Shown: piece by piece, positions 26,277 to 34,500 of the stretch | Position numbering within the stretch: the stretch's first letter is position 1 | Layout: every line of letters begins with the position of its first letter | Source of the DNA: a virus | Taxonomy: Duplodnaviria > Caudoviricetes | Strand: one strand, 5' to 3' | Length of the DNA: 64,000 bases | Virus record (IMG/VR): IMGVR_UViG_3300033463_000115 | Location: 91 to 64,090 of that record | Program-made: the position numbers and the translations under genes | The notes under the pieces: model-generated | What the model was told of the DNA's origin: nothing | What the model saw: the letters and a program-made list of their open reading frames with translations, nothing else | Database searches by the model: none

Positions 26277-27089
26277 ATGAGCAAAATTACTTGGGATCAG
26301 TCCGGCGATAAGGTATTTGAGACCGGTACGAAAAAGGGTGTCCTGTATGCTTCTCTTGGCACCGTTCCTGCTTTCTCTAGCTCTTCAGCTTATTCTGCTG
26401 GTGACATGGTAAAGTATAGCGGTAAGAATTACGTTGCTAAGGCTGCTGTTACAGCAGGCACATGGGATGCATCTGATTGGGACGAGTGGAAGTCAGATTA
26501 TCAGCAGGGTGTTGCATGGAATGGCCTGACCGCTGTAACTGAGTCACCTGATGGTGCAGAGGAAACAGCTCTGTATGCTGACGACATTAAGTATCTTTCA
26601 ATGAGAAGTGCTGAGGAGTTCAACTTCACAATCGAGGCTTACACATATCCTGATGAGTGGATGCAGTGCGATGGTTCTGCTAATCTCGTTAGTGGTGTAC
26701 CTGGCATAACAGTTGGACAGCAGAAGAGAAGAATGTTTGGCTTCGTTTACACTTCAACTGTTGGTAACGACACTGAGGGTAACGACTACGGTGAGAAGAT
26801 TCATATTATATATTCTGCTACAGCTTCTCCTTCTGACAGAAGCTATGAGACAATAAACGACTCTCCTGAGGCTATCACATTCTCATGGGAGTGCAACACA
26901 ACTGCTATCGACATGCCTGGTGGACTTAAGAAGGGTGCTGAGATCACAATCGACACAACTCGTCTTAATAGTGCTGGTAAGACAGCTCTTACAACACTTG
27001 AGGGATATCTGTATGGTACTAATTCTACAGCACCATATCTCCCAACACCAACAGACATATTCACACTGTTTGGCGGCGTAGTAGGCTAA
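26277..27089 (+). CDS. Major tail (tube) protein with a CBM5/12-like insertion
   Basis: ITWDQSGDKVFETGTKKGVLY, GVAWNGLTAVTESP, YADDIKY, GEKIHIIY; insertion at 26364-26480. Confidence 0.88.
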   Translation: MSKITWDQSGDKVFETGTKKGVLYASLGTVPAFSSSSAYSAGDMVKYSGKNYVAKAAVTAGTWDASDWDEWKSDYQQGVAWNGLTAVTESPDGAEETALYADDIKYLSMRSAEEFNFTIEAYTYPDEWMQCDGSANLVSGVPGITVGQQKRRMFGFVYTSTVGNDTEGNDYGEKIHIIYSATASPSDRSYETINDSPEAITFSWECNTTAIDMPGGLKKGAEITIDTTRLNSAGKTALTTLEGYLYGTNSTAPYLPTPTDIFTLFGGVVG

Positions 27090-27100
27090 TTCAAAAATGG

Positions 27101-27140
27101 TAAGAGGTCTGACAGTTTTGTTAGACCTCTTTTATTTTTT
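27101..27140 (+). terminator. Intrinsic terminator after major tail gene
   Basis: aagaggtctgac/gttagacctctt stem plus T tract. Confidence 0.75.
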
Positions 27141-27157
27141 AAAGGAGGTTTAAATAT

Positions 27158-27658
27158 ATGTCTGACATCTTATCACGAGTAGAAGATATACTCGATGCTA
27201 TAGTAAATGGTAATGAAGTGGATTTTCCAAGACCACAGTCTAGAGTTGAGAAGTTACTCTGGCAATTAAGTAGTGCCGTTGTAACACTTGACCAGGACGG
27301 TCTTATTCCACTTAACGTTATTCCAAAGGTTGCATTCGCTGAATGTGTTACTGTTGAGAATGACACAGCTCGTTTCGCCCTCACCACTGACGATGTACAG
27401 AATGGTGATACTGTTTATGTTAACGCTACACAGATAATGTATTTTGTTGTAGATGAAACCAATCTAGATACCGAAGCTGGTTATAAGGCTCTTGCGGCTG
27501 GTATTGCTGCTCAGGCAGTTGCAGATAAGAACGGTGATGATATTACTACTGAGTATGTTCATGACGGCGGTACTTTCATCGAAGTCAACGGCGTAAAACT
27601 CTATTTCGGCTCAACCACACCTTCCAATCCGTCAGACGGTGACTGGTGGCTTGACTGA
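27158..27658 (+). CDS. Tail-associated hypothetical protein
   Basis: 166 aa; PQSRVEKLL N-terminus, P..PSDGDWW C-terminus. Confidence 0.7.
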   Translation: MSDILSRVEDILDAIVNGNEVDFPRPQSRVEKLLWQLSSAVVTLDQDGLIPLNVIPKVAFAECVTVENDTARFALTTDDVQNGDTVYVNATQIMYFVVDETNLDTEAGYKALAAGIAAQAVADKNGDDITTEYVHDGGTFIEVNGVKLYFGSTTPSNPSDGDWWLD

Positions 27659-27669
27659 GAGGTGGTCTT

Positions 27670-28812
27670 GTGAAGAAAAGAGTAAATGGGGCGTGGGTTG
27701 AAAAATCTCCCCTGAAATATGGTACAGCAACAGACACACTCACCTCATTCCCCGCCGAGGTAATTGCAGACGGAACAAACGCAAGTGTGGATATTATCGG
27801 CAACATGGCACAGAACGGCACACCATCTCCGAGCAATATTATCTATCCGAGTGAGTGTGGGGAGAGGACGGGGAATGTTTGTAATCCCATACCATACAAA
27901 ACCGATTATTACATTAACGCAAGCGGAGTAGAAACGCCATATAATGGAATAGATATTTACAAAGTTTCTGCAAGTGCCGAGACAACATACACATTATCAA
28001 TTAATATCGGTCTTATCGGTACAAGAGTAAGAATACACGCATATAATAATGGGTCGTGGGTAGAAGAAATATCAGAGCCAATAATTTCAGCTTTGCCGGA
28101 AACTTTCGTTACTCCGCAAAATTGCGACGAAATCAGATTTTCTATTACTCACGACGCACTAAATCATATAATGCTTAACCTCGGCTCAACCGCCCTTCCT
28201 TATGAACCCTACGGCTATAAAATCCCGATTTTATTAAATAGCCAAACTATCAATAAATATCTGGGTGAAGTGCAGTCAACGAGGAATCTGAAGAAGTACG
28301 AGTTTACAGGTAATGAGAACTGGGTGCTTTCAAGCAGTGGATATTTTTATAGTGCTAATGCAATTAGTGACTATAACAACAGATTATTTGCGATTACTAC
28401 AATATGTACGCATTACAAAAGTGTTACTAATGCAACAAACGGCAGAAGTTTGAATGACGGAGAAATGTGTTTATATTCATCATCAAGTGGTTCAACACAT
28501 GAGGTATACGTCAAAGATGACAGCTATTTAACAGCCGATGACTTCAAAACCTACTTACAACAGCAATACGCAAACGGCACTCCCGTCTGCGTCTGGTACG
28601 TCTTAGCCACACCCACAACAGCCATAGTAAACGAACCGCTGAGAAAGATAGGCACATATGCCGACAGTATAAGTGGTATCACTATTCCAACCGTGGAAGG
28701 AAGTCAGACGTTTGATGTGGAGACTACATTAAAACCATCTGAGGTAGATTTGACTTATCACGGATGGCACAGAACAGAGCCAAAGGAAAGAGTTAACGGT
28801 GATTGGGAGTAA
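27670..28812 (+). CDS. Putative minor tail / fibre-associated protein
   Basis: 380 aa beta-rich, GTG start after GAGAGGT. Confidence 0.65.
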   Translation: MKKRVNGAWVEKSPLKYGTATDTLTSFPAEVIADGTNASVDIIGNMAQNGTPSPSNIIYPSECGERTGNVCNPIPYKTDYYINASGVETPYNGIDIYKVSASAETTYTLSINIGLIGTRVRIHAYNNGSWVEEISEPIISALPETFVTPQNCDEIRFSITHDALNHIMLNLGSTALPYEPYGYKIPILLNSQTINKYLGEVQSTRNLKKYEFTGNENWVLSSSGYFYSANAISDYNNRLFAITTICTHYKSVTNATNGRSLNDGEMCLYSSSSGSTHEVYVKDDSYLTADDFKTYLQQQYANGTPVCVWYVLATPTTAIVNEPLRKIGTYADSISGITIPTVEGSQTFDVETTLKPSEVDLTYHGWHRTEPKERVNGDWE

Positions 28813-28858
28813 TCTCAACACCTCGTCCGAAATGACGTTAAACTAATAATTTTACGTT

Positions 28859-29010
28859 ACTAAAAGAGAAACAATTAACTATATACTATTCACACAACCC
28901 ATCTCACCACTATACACAATCATAATAAAAGCACCCAACCTCCCAACTTAAACACACTAAGAATCACACTACATCGTCGCACTAACAGTCTAACTTGTTT
29001 CTCTTTTAGT
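28859..29010. repeat. Perfect 16-bp inverted repeat enclosing a 120-nt G-poor loop
   Basis: actaaaagagaaacaa 28859-28874 with ttgtttctcttttagt 28995-29010. Confidence 0.9.
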
Positions 29011-29030
29011 TTATAATTTTAAGGAGGAAA

Positions 29031-29447
29031 ATGAACATGTTACCAAAGGAAATTACTTACACAGACTTTAATGGTGAGGAGAAGAAGGAAACTTTCTATT
29101 TCAATCTCACAGAATCAGAAATTGCTCGTATGCATCTCGGCACATCTGTAGGACTTGATGTTATGCTACAGAGAATAGTAGAAGCAGACGACAGACAGAA
29201 GATACTTGATACTTTTGAAGAGATTATTCTCATGTCATATGGTGAGAGATCTATTGACGGAAAGTATTTCAAGAAGGAAGATTCTATAAGAGGTAAGTAT
29301 GCTGATGACTTCAAAGCTTCAGGTGCTTACGATGCTCTCTTCATGGAACTCATTAGTGATGAGACAGCCGCTGCTAAGTTTATCAACGGTATTCTTCCAA
29401 CTAAAATGAGAGAAGCAGCAAATCAGAATCATCCAGCCCTTAAGTAA
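29031..29447 (+). CDS. Tail assembly chaperone
   Basis: EITYTDFNGEEKKETFYFNLT..YGERS.DGK.F.K; position. Confidence 0.7.
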   Translation: MNMLPKEITYTDFNGEEKKETFYFNLTESEIARMHLGTSVGLDVMLQRIVEADDRQKILDTFEEIILMSYGERSIDGKYFKKEDSIRGKYADDFKASGAYDALFMELISDETAAAKFINGILPTKMREAANQNHPALK

Positions 29448-29460
29448 AGGGTGATGAAAA

Positions 29461-30000
29461 GTGTTAGAAATTACTATACCGAATACATATTTCGATCAAG
29501 AGAAACAAGAATTTATAACACTGAATAACACAACACTAAGACTTGAATATTCATTGCTGTCAATTTCAAAATGGGAAGCAAAATGGAAGATTCCTTTCTT
29601 GAGTAAAGAGGAGAAGACATATGAACAGACTGTTGACTTTGTTCGTTGTATGACCCTTACTCAGAATGTTAATCCGATAGTATATCAGAATCTTACAAAA
29701 GATATTCTTAACGAGGTTTTTCTATACATAAATGATCCAATGACAGCAACTACAATAAAACAAACAAATGGTAAACATAGTAGAGAGGTCGTCACATCAG
29801 AGTTAGTATACTACTGGATGGTCGCTCTACAAATACCATTTGATCCATGTGAAAAGTGGCATTTCAATAGACTTATGACTCTGATTGAAGTGACATCTAT
29901 CAAGAACCAACCGCCTAAGAAGATGGGCAAGAAGAAAACTGCTCAGTCTAATGCTGCTATAAACGCTGCAAGAAGAGCAAGACTCGGCAGTAAAGGATAG
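29461..30000 (+). CDS. Second tail assembly chaperone-like protein
   Basis: LRLEYSLLSISKWEAKW..; TSELVYYWM..CEKWHFNRL. Confidence 0.65.
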   Translation: MLEITIPNTYFDQEKQEFITLNNTTLRLEYSLLSISKWEAKWKIPFLSKEEKTYEQTVDFVRCMTLTQNVNPIVYQNLTKDILNEVFLYINDPMTATTIKQTNGKHSREVVTSELVYYWMVALQIPFDPCEKWHFNRLMTLIEVTSIKNQPPKKMGKKKTAQSNAAINAARRARLGSKG

Positions 30001-30011
30001 GAGGAAATATT

Positions 30012-31187
30012 ATGCTAGGAATTGACATCAGTGAGTACCAGGATTCAGTTAACTGGGATGTCGTTAAAAACTCTGTTGACTATGTAATCCTGAGAGATGG
30101 ATACGGCTACAGCACCACAGACAAGATGTTTAGTAGTCATGTTAATGGAGCAAAGAAAGCAGGTATACCAATAGTTGGTACTTACCATTTCTCATACTCT
30201 CTGACACCTGAGGATGCTAGAATCGAAGCTGAATTCGCTATGAAGAAGTTCGATGAAGCTGGTCTCGACAAAAATAATGCTGTTATCTTCTTTGACTTTG
30301 AAGACGTTAGTATTAGATACGCTAAACAGAATGGTGTTACTATTGGAGCTAATGAGTGTATAGCTATAACTAAAGCATTCTGTGACACACTTAAGTCAAA
30401 GGGATATCGTTACGGTGTATACTTCAACAACAATTTCTATAACAACTACTACAATAAAGGTAAGGGTATTCCTGAGGGAGCTATTACTTGGTATGCTGAT
30501 TATAGAAGCAACCCAACTAAATCCATAATCAAGGCTACAGACCTCTTCCAGTATAGCTCAACTGGTAAGATTGATGGGATAAAGGGTAATGTTGATGTTA
30601 ACGATGGTGATTACACTAAATTCTATTCAAAATCAGAAGTAAAAGAAGAGATCACACAGGCTGAGATTGAGGCTCTTGCTAAGGAAGTAATGGCTGGCAA
30701 ATACGGTAATGGTGATGAGAGAAAGCAGAAGCTCGGTAAATACTACGACGCTGTACAGAAGAGAGTTAATGAACTTGTTGCTGCACAGAAACCAGTTAAG
30801 CCAGTTACTGATCAGATAATTGCTGACGTCATAGCTGGTAAGTATGGTAACGGAGAAGACAGAGAGAAGAGACTTGAAGCTGCTGGTTATATTTACAGAA
30901 ATGTTCAGGATGCTGTAAACAAGGCTCTTAAGACAACTAAGTCTACTTCACCTGCTAAATCTTTCGACAACAATAAGACTGGTAAATACATTGTAACAGC
31001 AACAGCTCTTAATGTTCGTTATATTCCAGGTCTTATGACTGACAACAACGTATTCAAGGTTCTTAATAATGGTGATAACGTTCAGTGTTGGGGTTACTAC
31101 ACAGCTATAGGCAACACTACTTGGTTACTTATACAGATTGGTAATAATACAGGTTATGTTGACTCACGTTACGTAAAGAAAGTATAA
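30012..31187 (+). CDS. Endolysin: GH25 muramidase + two CW_7 repeats + SH3
   Basis: GIDISEYQ, DFE, FQYSSTG..VD; two AGKYGNG repeats; C-terminal LNVR..GYV SH3b pattern. Confidence 0.9.
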   Translation: MLGIDISEYQDSVNWDVVKNSVDYVILRDGYGYSTTDKMFSSHVNGAKKAGIPIVGTYHFSYSLTPEDARIEAEFAMKKFDEAGLDKNNAVIFFDFEDVSIRYAKQNGVTIGANECIAITKAFCDTLKSKGYRYGVYFNNNFYNNYYNKGKGIPEGAITWYADYRSNPTKSIIKATDLFQYSSTGKIDGIKGNVDVNDGDYTKFYSKSEVKEEITQAEIEALAKEVMAGKYGNGDERKQKLGKYYDAVQKRVNELVAAQKPVKPVTDQIIADVIAGKYGNGEDREKRLEAAGYIYRNVQDAVNKALKTTKSTSPAKSFDNNKTGKYIVTATALNVRYIPGLMTDNNVFKVLNNGDNVQCWGYYTAIGNTTWLLIQIGNNTGYVDSRYVKKV

Positions 31188-31205
31188 ATAGAAAGGAGGA
31201 TAGTA

Positions 31206-31592
31206 ATGGGACATACTATAAGTGTTAGTTCCAAGGGTAATTGGAAGAAGACAACTGATTGGTTGATGGATCGTAAAGAACAGAAATTTATGAAACAACT
31301 CTATAAGTATGGAGAGAAAGGTGTTGAGGCTCTCGCTGCTGCTACACCAATCGATACCGGTAAAACTGCCGCTTCATGGGATTACGAGATACATGCTTCT
31401 AAAGGTGTATTCACAATCACATGGACTAATAGTAATCTTGCTAAAGGAGTTCTGCCCGTTGCTATCCTCATACAATATGGTCACGCCACCAAGAATGGTG
31501 GATTTGTGCAGGGCATTGATTATATTAATCCCGCACTAACACCTATATTTGAGAAATTAGCTAATGATGCTTGGGAAGAGGTGACTAAATAA
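31206..31592 (+). CDS. HK97 gp10-like tail component
   Basis: TPIDTGKTAASW; ILIQYGH.T. Confidence 0.7.
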   Translation: MGHTISVSSKGNWKKTTDWLMDRKEQKFMKQLYKYGEKGVEALAAATPIDTGKTAASWDYEIHASKGVFTITWTNSNLAKGVLPVAILIQYGHATKNGGFVQGIDYINPALTPIFEKLANDAWEEVTK

Positions 31593-34500
31593 ATGCCAAA
31601 CACGGATGAACGTATTGTCTCGATGAAGTTTGATAACGCCCAATTTGAAAACGGCGTATCTACTTCTATTAAGAGTATAGACAAACTAAATCAAGCTCTT
31701 AGGTTTGAAGGAGTGTCTGATAGCTTCGACCAGATTTCAAGAGCTGCTAGAAAGGTTGATCTGAGTGGCGCTCAGAGTAATGTTGATAGTTTCTTAAATC
31801 ATTTATCAATACAATCAATAGCAAAAATTAATGTAATAAGCAATCTTATCACTGATGTTTATCAGAAAGGTAAGAAACTCATCAATGATATTTTTGTAGC
31901 TCCAAAGAAAGATGGATTTAATGAATACGAACTCAAAATGGGAAGTGTTCAGACCATCATGGCTTCCACTGGAGAAACTCTTGACGTAGTTAATGACTAT
32001 CTTGCTGAACTTAATACATACGCTGATAGAACAATCTACTCATTTAAAGACATGACATCTTCTATTGGTAAGTTCACTAACGCTGGTGTTAAACTTGAAG
32101 ACGCTGTACTAGCTATTAAGGGTGTATCTAATGAAGCCGCTGTATCTGGTGCTAATGCTAATGAAGCATCAAGAGCTATGTATAACTTTGCTCAGGCTTT
32201 ATCGGCAGGTTATGTTAAGCTTATCGACTGGAAATCAATCGAGAATGCTAACATGGCTACTGTTGAGTTTAAGAAAGAACTCATTAACACTGCTGTTGAA
32301 CTAGGAACTGTTGTTAAAGAAGGAGATAAGTACAGATCTGTTACTAAAGATTTAAATGGTAAAGTATCTGAACTCTTCACTGAAACAACAATGTTCAACG
32401 ATTCTCTATCAGCACAATGGATGACAACCGACGTTCTTGTTAAAACACTTGGACGTTACGCTGATGAATCAACTAATATAGGTAAGAAAGCATACGCTGC
32501 TGCTCAGGAAGTTAAGACATTTAGTCAGTTAATGGATACTTTCAAGGAAGCTCTTGGAAGTGGATGGGCACAGTCGTTTGAAATAGTAATTGGTAACTTT
32601 GAGGAAGCTAAAGAACTCTTCAGCACAATCTCTGGATTACTCGACCACATTGTCGACATATCATTTAAAGTACAAAACGGTTTACTTCAGATGTGGAAAG
32701 ACAACGGTGGAAGAGATAGACTAATCAAAGACATCAAGACCATTACTAATAACCTCACAACTCTTTCAGATAAAGTAGTAAAGACAGTTCTCGGTCCTAA
32801 GTATGCTAAGTTCATAGAAGACCAAGCTGATTCTACTGACAAACTTTCAAAATCAGTAGAGAAATACTCTGCTGCTGAAATGGAAGCTGCTCGTTCTATC
32901 TGGTACGGTGAAAACAAGTACGGTAATGGTGAAGAAAGAGTTAAGAATCTTGAGGCTGCTGGACTAAATGCACAGAAAGTTCAGGAGTATGTTGAAAAGC
33001 TTATTACATCTGGTTGGAATTTAGACACTGCTCTTGAGAATGCTAAGGAAGATTTAGCTGAGATTAGTGAAACAGAAGAGAAATCTGACGACCAGATAGG
33101 ATGGAATAAATGGGCTAAAGCTTTCGATCATATTGTTCACACACTAAAGATGGTTGGAACTGGTATAAGAGATCTTGGTGCTGCTGGATTAAATGTAATA
33201 AAGAATGTAGTTGAACCATTTGTTGAAGAATTCGACCTTTCTCCTATAACTTGGGATATTAAAGAGATAGCTAAGAGATTCATGTCATTTTCTGCGAGAC
33301 TTAAAGAGTCAACTAAACAAATGACTACGCTCAGAACAGTTGTTAAGTTTTTAACTAAATTACTCAACACTCTGTATGAGATAGTAAGCCCGCTTATACA
33401 GTTCGTCTACAAGAATCTCTACAGAATTGGTGATTTCTTAATCAAGATAGGAAACGCTATTGACAATTTTGTAGGCAATAAAAGACGCTATGCTGAGTTT
33501 GCTTCTATATGGTCTTCTATAAATGTTATATTTAATAACTTTAAAGAGTCGATTAAGCAAGTGGCTAAAACCTTTACTGACTATATTAAGAGTTCCAATA
33601 ACCCAAGATTACAGAAATTACTTGACTTCTTTAAGACACTTAAAGATAGAGTTACTAAACTTCTAGATGTTGGTCTTGACTTAGTTGTTAAGTATTTAGA
33701 CAAGCTTGCTAAAGAAGGCTTTGGTAAGTTTGACATAAAGGGTGTTGATAAAGTAATAGCGATTCTTGATAATTTATATGAAAAGATAAAGAAACTAATC
33801 TCTGTTATATTTGGCAACACAAAGGATTTCTTTGGCGGTAATAAAAAGACAGTATTCGAGAATGTAGTAAAAACTGCTAAGACAACATTTAGTGATACAG
33901 ATACAAAAAAGAAAGCATCGGAGTGGATAAGCGGTGTTCTCAGTAGTATAACTAATGCATTTAAAGGATTTAGTTTCGAGAAATTACTTAATATGGTTAA
34001 ACTCGGTGCTCTTGTATATTCTGTTTATATTACTAAGAAATCTTTCGATAAACTCAATAAGACTATTAGTAGCTTTAAGTTAAGTATTACAAAAGTTGTT
34101 GATAATGTTTCTGGTGTGTTAACTGCATATCAGAAGAAGATTAAAGCACAAAGTCTTATTTATATTGCTGGTGCTATTGCTATTCTTTCTTTGAGTCTTA
34201 TAGCATTATCACAAGTAGATAGTAGTAAATTATATTCTGCTTCATTTGCTATTAGTATAGTTATACTTGCACTTTCAGCACTTATGAAAGCTATGTCTAC
34301 ATTCCATGACAAAGATCTTGGTAAGACAGAAATAGCCAATAAGTTAAAGGGAATAAAGATAAGTCTTATTGATATAAAACTCAATGCTTATGCGACAGCA
34401 GCCACTATATTCGCTTTAACATATGCATTAAAGACTGTAGTTGATGCTATATTAGAGTTTAAGAATATTGGTTGGGCTAATTATTTAGGCGGAGTTGTAG

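Noticed and set aside
29400-29480. Programmed -1 frameshift joining the two tail chaperone ORFs
   Set aside because: No clear slippery heptamer near the 29447 stop, and the second ORF has its own RBS-like sequence and GTG start.
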